Below, in pieces: positions 40,163-53,796 of a DNA stretch of 64,000 nucleotides. The stretch's first letter is position 1. The number at the start of each line of letters is the position of its first letter. The notes beneath the pieces are model-generated. The model worked only from the letters and a program-made list of their open reading frames with translations. It ran no database searches and was not told the origin of the DNA. The position numbers and the translations under genes were made by a program. Source of the DNA: Trichoplax adhaerens (Eukaryota > Animalia > Placozoa); contig NW_002060948.1 of assembly GCF_000150275.1 (NCBI RefSeq), positions 1,387,983-1,451,982 of the forward strand, given 5' to 3'.

Positions 40163-43100
40163 TTACTTTCCACCATGTTTACGTTTGTTGCGATTGCCTA
40201 TACAGAAATTATCGATTTGAAAATTTTAATGTCTAAATTTCGAAACATTTTTAATATTCGATCTGATATACTATTGATCATTACAGCACGTCGTACCTGA
40301 ACCCTTTCCAGATCTTCCTTGATTACCTTTATTCCCAGACCAGTTTTCATCATTCTGCGATTGTTGAACACGACGTCTATCTCGACTTTGTTCTCGCCAA
40401 TCTGAAACGATCACTTATTAGTAAGATATCGCACTAGCAGATACTATCCATTTATATGATTAATCTCCTACAGAATACCTCTACCTTTATTTATCTGGTA
40501 TCCATGCCTTTCATGTAAAATTTTCTCATTCGTATCGGCTAAGGCATATATCTATATAAGAATAAATGATTGCCAATACATGCTACTTAGTACTTCTACC
40601 AACGTGGTTAAATATGCTATCACATAAAATATTATATTCAGCTTACCTTATCGGCAATTTGAATAGCTAAGTTCTGTAATTTTGTTGGTTCACATTTATG
40701 CATCATTAAAGTTTCTGTCGGTTCATCCCATGATGCCTGGAAACCCAAATGATAATAATATAACACAACAGACACATTAAATATATTAAAAGTAATATAA
40801 ACTGACCTGCAATTCGTCATTCATAATCATTTTACTGATAGTTCTGTAAACATCGGAAGATTCCATTCCGAACATTTCTGACAAGCTACTTAGGCTATTA
40901 TCAAAAATAAAGAAAATTAGGTATTACTTCCGTTTATATCGACGCAACATTTGTAACATGATTTACCTTAGTGAACTATAAACTCCACCGTACGTAAATA
41001 AGTAAGTTCGAAGGCTCTCTTCACGGATCTTCCTAAAAAATTGAAATATTGAGACTGTTAGTGAAATCGTACATTCCATTTGAAATAAGAGGATAAAACA
41101 TACTTTAGTAGCATCGCCTTAACAGTTTCAGGCTCCGTGAAAAGGTCCCAAACCTATAAATGATGTATAGATGGTAAAATAACTTGAGCAAAATAGTACT
41201 TTAAAATTCCTTAATAGCAATATATTTATGTTTCGCTAGTATGAACCTTAATTCTTAAGATATAATCACTACATGCTTTCCAATCACCAGTTCTCATAGC
41301 ATGGGCGGCTGCTATTACTTGTTCTCTCATATTTTCTGGTGGTCCTATTATTATAAACACGATTTCATGTTAGCAAATAAATTATTGTGTTACAAAGCAG
41401 AAAAAGTAACGCAACTAATTCCCAAGTATAATTACCAACCGACAAGTGTCTGACGTTCGCTATTCCTTAGCTGAAAGTGAAAATTTTTGCTTATAAGCCT
41501 GCGGCGGTTATACTCATGAGCTGTAAATACAAGAGCACATTCGTGTTTCCACGTTATTATTTAGTATAATTACATAGTTATATCTAAATAGGCAGTATTA
41601 CTAACCAGCCATATAAGGAATTTCCAGGAGCATAGCTGACGTAAGATAACAACATTCTATTAACTCTGTATTTATGTGCATATGAAATGGTATCTGGAAA
41701 TAGAAGAAACTACCATGAGAACCTGCAATAGAGTGTCTAAATCCATTGATTATAAGTGTAATTAAGGTACCTGTCGTTGGCGCTCGAGCTTTTCTTGGTC
41801 TTTCGTTTTATCCGATTGACGTTGAGAAAAACCCTTTTCATGTGATTATAATTTTACAGTTAAAAAGGAACACCAGTACTTGGGTATTTACATATATATA
41901 ATAAGCTAACCTGTGCCAATAACTCTCGAACACGATTTGTGACTTGTAACTCAACTAAACAGTTGTGAGCATTTTTAATAATTCCATGACGAAAAGCACA
42001 CAAACCCAACTGTACCATAGTGCGATTATATAATACTTGCGTAGGTATATCTGAAAATTGAATTGATTCTTGCAAGTGTGACATTAGCATAAGATCTCTA
42101 GCATCAGTCCAACGATCATGTATGGCATGATGATACGTTTGACAAAGCATGGCTCGAGTACGAATTCTTTCTGTTTGATCTCTTTTGTAAATGTAGTTAC
42201 ATAGTCGTGCCATTTCTTCTTTAGAATTATTCGTGCCTTCCTCTTCTTCTTTGGGTTCACTTTTTTCTTCATCATCGTCATTATTTTCGCTCTTGGACGT
42301 TGTCTTGGCCAGTAAAGTATCATACTGCAAAGAAATTTATTTTAAACCGGTGACATATTAAATATTAATGAAATATGGTATCTATAGTAGTTTAGAATAA
42401 TAGGCCATACTAACGTACCTTATAATACATATGCTCAATTCTTCGTAAATAGACTTTGCAAGTATCAGACGCAGGAAAGTTATTTTTCTCTACTAATTTC
42501 TGAGTTCTCTTAATAATTGCTGTAACGATACTTTCATCCTTCAATCTGCCAGAATTTTGTAATCAATCATTTATGGACAGTTAAGTAGGAATTTTTTTAT
42601 CTTTACTACCCTTTACTGTCTATAAAGTAAGTTTAAATTGACGAAAAGCAAATATACCTCTGAACATATTCCAGAGAGTGTGCATCACATGATTGTAAAA
42701 TCTTAGTAAATTCATCGTCCATTCTTTCCACCAAGGTAACTACACATCCTCGTACTTGGTATGGAAGATTCGGATCCTACATCAAATCATAAAGATTTAG
42801 ATTTATTGCCCTTGAATAGGACAAGGCAACAATATAGAATCAGTCAGTTACGTACAATAATATTTTCAGATTCCTCTGGTATATTCATGCCAGTAGTAAT
42901 CTCAGGATGATCTAACAGCATATCCACCAAAGTGACTATGAATTCGGTACACCTAATTATAAAAAAATATCAAGTAAGATAATCTATCTAAAACTTTTAT
43001 CGAATATCGCATGCGGAGAACTAACATCTTCCAGTACTCTTGCTTCATGCTATTTACGAGGACAGCAACAGCACTATCGTAAATTGCTGATATCAATCCA

Positions 43101-46100
43101 ACAAGTATCTTTACAGAGAGGGCAGTAGCTGCAAGAAAACGTAATCATAAATAAAGCAAATTCATCATCGTAAGATAGATGCTGGAACGTATAAGAAAGA
43201 TGCTTACATAAATTTTCGCGCGATGTGATCTGTAATAATTCCTTGAAGGTGTTGATAACTTCACGACGATCCGTAGACTATAAAGTAGATTGGTAAGATA
43301 ATAAATTGTTTTTATTCCAATCAACAATAGGGTTTCCGATCGCAAGAAATTTGATCAAATTTTTCTTTACCTTTTTCCCTCGGACAGCTACAATCTCCTG
43401 AACTTTAACCAGTACCGATTCATTTGTAATTTCTGCATCTTTTCCAAATAAGGCCTTGTCGGGAGATTTATCTTTTGATACTTTTGCTTCTTCCGCCGAT
43501 AATTCGTTATCATCTTTCGGAGCTACTTGCTTCGATCCTTTTCCTTTCCTTCTTTTGCTATCTCTTGCTACGGTTCCGGCGGTGCTAACATTCAGAATAG
43601 TCGTTATAAGGTGAGTAATCATAAGAAATGGATAGGCAGTATCATTAGAGTATCGTCAACATCGCTACTATTACATAGAATTGCGCTTGTGAAATAGAAA
43701 GTGATCGCACTGACTATATTAACAAGCATTTATATATCGTATCGTATTAGCAAATTATATTTTGTCAATCAGAGTATAATTTACATTGACGTAGATTAAC
43801 GACGAGGATAGCAGTAATTGATTCGAACAAGATTGAATTACTAAATGACTTATAGAGCGAAGGGTAATAACTAGAAGATGTCATCAATTAATCTCAATAT
43901 TTTAACCGTTAATAATTAAATAAACTTACGACTTTAAGAAAATGCTAGGGCCTGTCGCCTTTGAACCACCACCACCTTCTTTATCAGACCCATCATCTTC
44001 ATCTTCAGAAGCACTCCAGTCATCGCCATCACTCTCGCTTTCACTGCTGCCAGATTTCAAAAATTGGCTGCGACCAGTCGTATTTTCTGGCTTTTTTGTA
44101 AAGTCCATAACATCTCCATCATCCATATCTTCATCACTTTCATCTTCCTCTTCACCTGAAGTAATTATGTCCGTGAAGGTAAAAGAATGCCATTTAGTGT
44201 CTCTTTACATCAGTGAAGATGAAATAGTAATGCAAGCACTTAGTTTTTATTGTATATAGGGCTATATACCTGATACATTTGAATCTTCATCCACGTCGGG
44301 ATTCTAAAACATTATTAAAGTAATAAGTATCTTTTAACTTTTAACGACATGTAAGTATAATATTGAGTTACTACAACGCTATAGGGGTTACCTCTCGATA
44401 CGCAGCCATATCATTTTCAAAGTCGCGAACATACTTCTTCATTTTTTGACGCAATGCACCTAAAGCCTATGAATTACAATAAGTATTACTTGCGTTAGTA
44501 ATATTATTTTATGCCATATCGTAGCAAAATCTTCTGTATGAGATGTTATCTACTGCTGGTATCGAAGAGATTTTCTTTACCTTTGCATTGATTTTACTTA
44601 GCTTTTTCTTAGTATCTTTATCATCCCATATCTATTTGAATATTAATAGCAACAGTAGCGATTTTAACAAGCACCATGGAATTCCCAGTTATCATTACAA
44701 AGTCAATGACGTTATTATCTTTTGCACTTTTTCATATAGCAATCTGTGATGTAGTTACCTCTTTAATATAGTCTTCCAATTCTACTAAGTACTTAACATA
44801 GAATTTAGGGATACCCGTTTTATCAATGATGTTCTTTGCCTTCTGATAGATTTTCCCAAGGAGTTCAAAATCTGTATGATTGAAAAGTTTAAAGTTTTAT
44901 ATTATTAGACAAAAAGTGATAAAGATAGCACGATGCGAACATGATAGTTAACCATAGAATAATCAACGAGAATTTATTTTAATGGTACAGTACAGTTAAA
45001 TCTTTTTTATCTTGCCTGATAGCACTTTGGCAATGTCGTTAATTTTCTTATGGTTTTTAAGAGCTCTGATGGCATCTTTTAATTCATCAAATCTGTCGAT
45101 ATAAATTTTAGACTCGATATAACATTTTGACCGTATAAACAAAATAAAAAGTGCGCATTTCCCGATTGCTGTACAGGACTGAAAAATGCAACACCAGACA
45201 TTGCATATCCTCTATCAGTCGTTAATAGGATCGATATCACGGAAGCACATAATACTACCACATTTCAGTAAGGTACTTTTTGTTATAGTATTCATTCATA
45301 AAAGCATACAGTATTATGAAAAAGATGTTTCTGATATATTTATAATTAATTACACTATCAACCTAGCTGTATCTGCTAATTACTGTTTTAATTTTAAAAG
45401 TCGATTCTACTACCATTCAATTCTATCTGTAATGTATTATCGCAAATATGCATAGCAATATGCCTAAATGTTGACCCATGATTATATGCAAAAGTAAAAC
45501 ACGAGCAGATTCTACGGTGTATCTTAGGTAAGATTATCTTACTAAAAGCGTGTAGCAAACAATCACAGTCATATCCCAACCGTTTATCCTTATGGCTTTT
45601 AACCACTCTTTTGACATCATCTTCATCATCGCTCTGGGCAAATAAGCTATAATAGGTCAAAAATTGAATCCAATATTAGCTACCATGTTTCTAGTAGTGT
45701 GTATTACCAGTTTTGAAAGAAATTAAAATAAGATTATCCATACAGTACAATCCATTGCTGATGTTTTAATTACTATTGTCGACATTGTACAATTGCTATC
45801 AAGTATTTTTTGTGCTGTAGTTTGATTCAGATTAGGACTACTTGGTCTAGAAAGGACGCCAATATGTGATATATTGAAGACGTTTTCGATTGAACTATTG
45901 GATGTATGGTAGTTGTCATCCATTGATTGGTAAGTCACTACTTCAAGATGTCCTCTATACGGATGAGATATGCAAATTGAATCTTGTAGCGGGCAGCTAT
46001 TCTATCCTCAGAAGAGCCGTGGTGTAGCGAACTCATTGAAAATGGCAGGTGACAAATCATTGGATATGATTTAGGCAAATACAACACCTAATAGTCACGT

Positions 46101-46423
46101 TTTGTGGAAGTATTATGTCAATGTTCATCCAGTCTACTAGCAAGTGCCAATACGAGTGAACAAAGATGGAACTTAACAAGTTTTAATAGGACTATGATGA
46201 TGATTTGGCCACTTGTGCGGCTAGAAAAGGCATCGAATGAGAAATACAAAGACACTGAAGGAAGCCACTAGGCAATGTATGACTTGAAGGAAAATGAGCA
46301 GATATCAAGTGTTTCAATTACTATATTAAGAACAAACTTGGTTGTAATTCGTTGTGGTGCTTGTTCCTCTTCTGATGATGTGGATTCAGAGTCAGAATCT
46401 GAACCACCAAAGAAACGAGACAT
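40163..46423 (-). CDS. EIF3C: Eukaryotic translation initiation factor 3 subunit C
   Basis: More than 20 exons. [109 protein letters not shown]; last exon [11 protein letters not shown]. Confidence 0.96.
44872..45015 (-). other. GC-AG intron in eIF3c
   Basis: Minus-strand TCAG|GCAAGA donor joins INDIAKVLS to DFELLGK in frame. Confidence 0.8.
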
Positions 46424-46579
46424 GTTTGATCGATTTAACGTTAATGGAGAGCTGCAAATCGACCCAGAACTTGGCAAGTTGGGATAGGAAAAACGTAGTC
46501 CGACAACGTGAAAATTTTACACATGCGTATAAGTATTTCTCAGTCCCACGGCGGACCGTCGAGGTTCCGGTACCTGTAA

Positions 46580-47760
46580 GCCGTACAGTACGTACTATAC
46601 TACTGTACTGTATGTACTGTAGAAGCATTTTCCTTGATGGAGTCTGAAGCCTTTCCGATCGGTAGTACTGTACTGTACACTGTACACTGTACACTGTACA
46701 GGATACTGTACTGTATCCCATTCAGTAGTACAGCGTACTATACTACACTTCGTTCAGTTCATCCCAGCGTATTGTACAGTATTGGAGTGGACAGGAGGGG
46801 CTGGTTTGCAACACTGCCCGCACGTGGCGCATGCTACTGCGTAATGCACAGTGCGCACTGTACAGTGTACAGTGTACAGTACAGTACAGTCGTGATGGCT
46901 GTAGTGTACTGTACACTATCCATCTTTGACTGTGCTGTAGATTTCCAGTAGTAACAGTATCGTATACTGTACACTGTACACTACTGGATCCCATAGACAG
47001 TACACTGAGTACAGTATAGTAGTAACAGTACTGTACCTTCTGCAAGGGTGAAGTTGTCAATTTAAACTGACTGATTCTACAGAATGCAATCGGTCTGATT
47101 TGATAAATAAAAATACTCGTTGATTTTGAAGTGATTGAAATACCAAGATACTTGTGAGCGGCACTACAGTTGGAGTTCATTACGAGTTAAGAGCGCCATG
47201 ACATGTACTCGACTATACCATCGTCTTTGAGGACCGCTGGCCCGATTTGGACCGGACCAGACCATACCGTGCAAAACGGTACACTTATACTGTACTGTAC
47301 AGTAATGTACTGTAGAGTAGAGTACTGTACGGTACTGTACTGTACAGTACAGTACAAACCAAACTCGCTACAGTACAGTACAGTACTTTCAGGGGGTGAC
47401 CCCAGAGTACTGTACTGTACTGTACAGTGTACAGTACAGTACAGTACGGTACAAACCAAACTCGCTACAGTACGGTTTGTAAAGAGTGTACTGTACTGTA
47501 CTGTACGGTACTGAAGAGAAAAGACACGGACAGCAGCAGCAGCGCTAAACGCCCCGTACAAAAATGTGCTCCTTGGAGTCTGGAAAGGGTCTCTACTGCG
47601 CATGATCTCTTCCAAGGGCGCTCAGTCACCAGTACCTGTACTGCGCAACACTTGGACTCAAATTATCCCGTACTGTACGTACTGCATAAATTGGCTCCAT
47701 CGTACAGTACAGTACCGTACAGTGCTGTAATGCAAGTCTACTGTAGCTAGTTCCGTACAT
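46580..47760. repeat. Extended (GTACA/TGTAC/TGTACAC)n arrays in the eIF3c/beta-adaptin bidirectional promoter
   Basis: Many runs of tactgtactgtac, cagtacagtac and tgtacactgtacac in both orientations; duplicated aaaccaaactcgctacagtac at ~47356 and ~47453. Confidence 0.92.
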
Positions 47761-48404
47761 CACTGTCTGGCTGATAGAGATGAAAGAAAAACCGTTCCAT
47801 CATCGAGGTGAAAAGCTTTTCTCCTCCTCATTTCCCACAATTCACCGCTGCAACGCATTACGACACCAGTCAGTCTGTGCAACGATTCATCATCCTTTTG
47901 GTGTGAGTGCAGGCTTTGGGGAGCGGCCATTTTTCAGGCAGTTTCGTCTACAAACCGATAATTCTATCCATATTGATCAAGATTTTGTTACTTCCACGCT
48001 ATTAATACAACAGTAAGTATGATTTAACATAATACATGGGTACTTGACCAGTGGAAGGGTATTTTTCCCCCTCTTTTACGACATACAATTATCTGGCGTC
48101 TACGCTATTTCACTTCTCTATTTCATAACTTTTGACTTCGTCACGCAGACACACTGCTATAGTGTTGTACAGGATAGCTCTCCTACATATTTAGATACTT
48201 TTTAGCTATACTTTTACAGTATTGGCCAAGGTAGTTGATGGTAGCTCGATGATTCAGTACAAGACTAACTTTTCTTATTACTGTATCCACCAGATATCAA
48301 CCAAATTAATGCTAAACTCTTTCTGTGCTTGCATTGGACCTCTTCTTTCCTCAAATACTCCATTTAAGTAATAAAGACTTCTTTTTTTTTCTCTTTCAGC
48401 CATC

Positions 48405-51400
48405 ATGACGGACTCCAAATACTTCACCACTACTAAAAAAGGCAAGTAGCTACTGTGAATGATATATTCATTCATGCAAATAAACTTGCTCGATCGCTCT
48501 CGGTAGTACATAAATTGACAGGTTGATAGTCGAAATACCAACATTTTTAACCTGGAAATTCACTGCTATGCACATAATACGGCTCAACATGAGGGATACA
48601 TCAGTTTAATTGTCTTTAAATATCTTGTATCTTATTATTTAAAGGTGAAATCTTTGAGCTCAAAGCGGAGCTAAACAGCGACAAAAAAGATAAAAAGAAG
48701 GAAGCTGTTAAGAAAGTAATTGCTAGCATGACTGTGGGAAAGGACGTGAGGTAAATCATGCGATATTGTAACTACTGTTTACGACCGCGCTTGCAATGAC
48801 ATTCAACCTGATCAGTTATTATCGGTACTTAACTAGCATCGTTTTTTTATATATTAAAGTATAGCTTAGTCCTTCCACTTTCATCATCATCAATGTTCCT
48901 ACTTTAGCTTCTGTTACTGATTCAAAAGTGATAATATCTTACTATTGTTGCTGTACATGTCGTATTAACAGATTTGTATTTTTTTAATACATCAACGCTA
49001 TTCAGCTCTCTATTCCCTGATGTTATCAATTGCATGCAAACCGAAAATTTAGAATTGAAAAAGTTGGTCTACTTGTACTTGATGAACTATGCTAAAACCC
49101 AACCTGATATGGCTATCCTAGCTGTCAATACCTTTGTCAAGGTTGACCTTGTCTTTAATGTCTATTCTATATAGTATATTATTGATAATATAGTAAATTA
49201 CCAAAGGTAACACAATTGTACAATATGATATACCATTAGGATTGTGAAGATCCCAACCCACTTATTCGAGCTTTAGCTGTAAGAACGATGGGTTGTATTA
49301 GAGTGGATAAAATCACTGAATACTTATGTGAACCTTTAAGAAAATGCCTTAAAGATGAAGATCCATACGTTCGCAAAACAGCGGCTGTTTGCGTTGCTAA
49401 ATTGCATGATATTAATTCCCAACTTGTTGAAGATCAGGGCTTCTTGGAAAGTCTCAGAGAAATACTATCAGATTCCAATCCAATGGTTTGTAACTGTTAA
49501 TATAGAGCCATTTTTGAAGTAAAGCTGCATGCTTATTAGTACTAGTATTGGTGTAAGGTATGCTATTGAAGAATAATACTATTGACAGGTTGTTGCTAAT
49601 GCTGTTGCCTCTTTGAGCGAGATTCACAAAACTTCTCCAAATCCAACTGGTGTATTTGATATGAATTCTGGAACTGTAAACAAGCTCTTGACTGCTTTAA
49701 ATGAATGTACTGAGTAAGTTGTGATTAAGCCTGCTTTTGATATTGCCTATAAGTAATGGAAATCATTATAAGTTATCCCTTTAGCGTATGTTGTATATCT
49801 TTGACATACTCTATTTTTCTATAGATGGGGACAAATCTTTATATTAGATGCTATTGCAGAGTACCAACCAGTCAGTGACCGCGAAGCACAAAGGTTACTA
49901 TTTTGCAGCATGCATTACTGTTATATGTAATTTTATTCTAGTGAAATTGTAAATACGTGCATGTTTTATATTGATGCTATCCCAATACTGAATTTTAAAA
50001 ATATAGCATTGTCGAACGTGTAACACCACGTCTTTCTCATGCTAATGCTGCCGTAGTATTGTCCGCTGTAAAGGTAATGGACTTTACATCTTCTGATAAT
50101 ATCTCCTTATACGGCGAATTTATAATTTATCCACTTTATCATTGCATAGGTCTTGATGCAAATGATGGAAATTATAAAGAATGATCAAATTATTGACCAA
50201 CTAAGCAGAAAGCTGGCACCGACATTAGGTACTAGTGGATTGAGCCTAAAACGTACTTTTGTTATTCAAGGGATTTTTTACTAAGAAGTGATCAAACTGT
50301 CTTGTTTTGGTTCAGTTACCTTGTTATCATCGGAACCTGAAATTCAGTATGTCTCCTTGAGAAATATTAACCTAATAGTTCAAAAACGGTGCGTATTTAG
50401 ATTTAAGAATAATTATAATTAGTCTTATTGATGATGCAGCCATAATTTGCCTATTTCGTCTTTATTAGGCCGGAAATCTTAAGAAACGAAATAAAAGCTT
50501 TCTTCGTTAAATATAATGATCCAATTTATGTTAAACTGGAGAAACTTGATATTATGATTCGCTTATCGACTTCGAGTAACATTGCACAAGTATTAGCTGA
50601 ATTGAAAGAGTACGTTATAAATAAATTGATCACTGATAATTAAATTACTTGCATAATACACATTGAAATTCTTTAATTGCATTACGTATCGTAACAAGTT
50701 GCTTTAGCCATGAGCCTTATAACAGCAGCATGTAATGCTATAGTTATAATCACTATTTAATGTAAATTTAATTATATTCAGATACGCAACCGAAGTTGAT
50801 GTTGATTTTGTACGCAAATCTGTTCGTGCGATTGGTCGTTGTGCTATTAAAGTCGAGGTTTGTACATTTAATAATTCGATAAATGAGGTATCGAGAATGT
50901 ACGCTAATGAATGGTATAATTTTTAAAATTAGCAAGCCGCAGAGAAATGCGTCAGCACATTGATTGACCTTATACAAACTAAAGTCAATTATGTAGTCCA
51001 AGAAGCTGTTGTAGTCATTCGGGTGAGTCTATACATATATATATGTTTCTATCACAGCAAAGGTCAATTACGACTTTACAGCATTATTCATACATTCCTT
51101 TACGTCTTGCACTTTAGGATATATTTCGCAAATATCCTAACAAATACGAAAGTATCATCTCTACACTTTGTGAAAATTTAGATTCCTTGGATGAGCCTGA
51201 CGCAAAGTAAGAAATTAATGTGATTGAGTTGGTAGTAATTTTAGACATTGCCTCTAGTCATAATTTGTTTGCGACGGAAGTACTGCAGAGCAGAAACGTA
51301 TATTCATGATGTTTCTGTTTTGATGTCTTCCAAGAGACTGCGCTTATCAGACAAGTGAAAATGTTAAACCAGTAATATTTCACCTCACGATGAGCATATA

Positions 51401-53796
51401 TTGTTACTGAAGTAAAGATGGCATTCATTAGATTTAATGCTAGAACCTAGTACTAGATTTACACATTTATTGTACTGTAGGGCATCAATGATATGGATTG
51501 TTGGAGAGTATGCTGAGAGAATTGATAATGCTGATGAATTACTCCAGTCATTCTTGGACGGTTTCCACGATGAAACAACACAGGTATAAATGGATATAAA
51601 GTAATAAATGATCCTCTTGCTATGTTCTAATTCCTTATATTAAAATCTATAGGTACAACTACAGTTACTCACTGCCATTGTCAAGCTCTTTTTGAAGCGT
51701 CCAGCCGATACACAGGATCTTGTTCAGTCTGTTTTGAGTTTGGTCACGCAAGAAAGCGATAATCCTGATCTGCGTGATCGTGGCTATATTTACTGGCGTC
51801 TATTATCAACGGATCCAGCAGCTGCCAAAGTAAGATGAATTTATTAATTAATTTTCTCATTACGTTCTGACCATTACATTTACCTTTAATTGTAGGAAGT
51901 AGTATTAGCTGAAAAACCTTTAATTGCTGAAGAAACCGATTTATTGGAGCCTACGCTACTTGATGGTATTATTATTATTTATATATGTAAACTATACTAC
52001 GTAATCATATAGTATAAGCGGCGCTCTATAATCAAACTATCTTACTGATTCTCATATTACTGTATTTCCTTATTTTAGAGTTAATGTGTCATATATCAAC
52101 TTTGGCCTCTGTTTATCATAAGCCTCCTAGTTCTTTTGTTGAAGGAAACTCACCCATCAGAAAGCTTCCTATACCGCGTGAAAGGTACTTTGCATTTTTA
52201 GGTTAAATTGTTACTGTGAAGCTTATATTTGATGTAATTTGTTATTTATTTACAATAGCACTACCTCCTCAGATAACACTGATGCAGCTGAAAACCAAGT
52301 TCAAACACAACAACAACCTGCTGCTGCCGCCCCTGCTCAACCTACGGTAATTTCTACACCTCAAGAGTCTGCTGTAGCAATGGATCTATTAGGCGACTTA
52401 GCATCCTTTGACTCAACACCATCTACAACTGCCAACGACATGTACGCTCCAAATGTGCAACCTGCTGGTAGCAGTGTAATTGATCTGCTATCTGGTACCT
52501 TGGATTCATTACAAATGGGTGGCAATACAGCTGGAAATCAAAGTGGCGGTCTTAGTAGTCTTTCGGATATGTTTTCGACAGGGACTTCTACATTTTCTGA
52601 ACCGAAAGTGGTTTGGCTATCTGCTGCTCAAGGCAAAGGCTTAGAGATTAGCGGAACATTTTCCCTCCGTCAAAATGTAGTCCATATGGATATGACTTTC
52701 ACGAATAATGCAATGCAAGCGATGGGTGGATTCGCGATTCAATTTAACAAGAACAGGTTCCGTTTTAATTTTAAAACATTATTCCCCTCTTTTACAGTGA
52801 GATATTGCCATTTACTAATGATTCTTTTATATGAATAGTTTTGGTCTTGTCCCTGCAGCACAATTAGAAGTTAGATCACCATTGCCACCAAGACAAAGTG
52901 CTGATTCTTCACTTCAGTTGAAGCCTTGTACGTATACTACTTTCGATATTTGCTTTTATATTTACACATCATGATAAATACTAATATTTGTTTCTTATTT
53001 TGTGTGATTTAAAAAAGTGGGCGCTATCCTTAAAATGGATCCATTGAACAAACTTCAAATTGCCATTAAAAATAGCATTGATGTATTCTATTTTGATGTA
53101 TTAATACCGTACCATGTATTATTTGTCGAGGATGGTAAGCTGGAAAGTAGGGAATTTCTCACGCAATGGAAGGAGATACCAAATAATAGCGAACGCTCTT
53201 TCGATATCAACAATGTACCAGCTTCATCAGGTTAAAGTTAGATAATTAAATTGTGATATACGTCGTAAACATAAAAAATTAATTGCGTGATTGTATAAAT
53301 TCTTCCAGACGCGATCGAGAATAAACTTAAGATGAGCAATGTATTCACTGTTGCTAAACGTAATGTTGACGGACAAGTAAGTTATAGAACTTTTCTTAAC
53401 TAGTAAAGATTTATGAAAAGCTTATCGACGTTAAATCTACAGTACTGAACATTAAAAGTATACTGCGATTATGATTAAGTTGTCTGACTGATGCCATATA
53501 CGTTAAAAGTGTAATGATTGCTTAAATTTCTAATGTGACTTTTAAACTTTCAGAATATGCACTATATGTCATTGAAATTTACGAATAACATATTAGTGTT
53601 GGCTGAACTAAAGATCCAATCTGGAAATCCAACTTTGAAGGTATGTAGATGATTTGGATGTAAAATAAAACTAATTGTTAAATTAATTGATACGTAATTG
53701 ACCACTTTTGTCTTTTTGTAGCTGGCCCTGAAGAGCTCAATTGCAGAAGTTCTCCCTGGAGTCTATCAGGCCTTTGAGTTAATTTTGCACAGCTAG
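48405..53796 (+). CDS. AP2B1: AP-1/AP-2 complex beta subunit (beta-adaptin)
   Basis: More than 20 exons. [74 protein letters not shown], appendage [10 protein letters not shown]...[12 protein letters not shown]; ends FELILHS*. Non-coding first exon likely ends at 48012. Beta1 versus beta2 cannot be separated. Confidence 0.96.
48442..48644 (+). other. GC-AG intron in beta-adaptin
   Basis: AAAG|GCAAGT donor joins [13 protein letters not shown] to EIFELK in frame. Confidence 0.85.

Noticed and set aside
43765-43890. Possible box C/D snoRNA in an eIF3c intron (TGATGA...CTGA on the minus strand)
   Set aside because: Imperfect C box, minimal terminal stem and no recognisable rRNA guide; would need a snoRNA covariance search.
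43942-44259. 105-aa Ser-rich plus-strand ORF
   Set aside because: Antisense shadow of an acidic eIF3c exon.
46194-46258. ATGATGA...CTGA C/D-like boxes
   Set aside because: Antisense to the host gene and no guide sequence identified.
46392-47750. Several overlapping 100-145 aa ORFs on both strands
   Set aside because: Produced by the stop-poor pentamer repeat; repetitive YCTV/QYST content and no homology cues.
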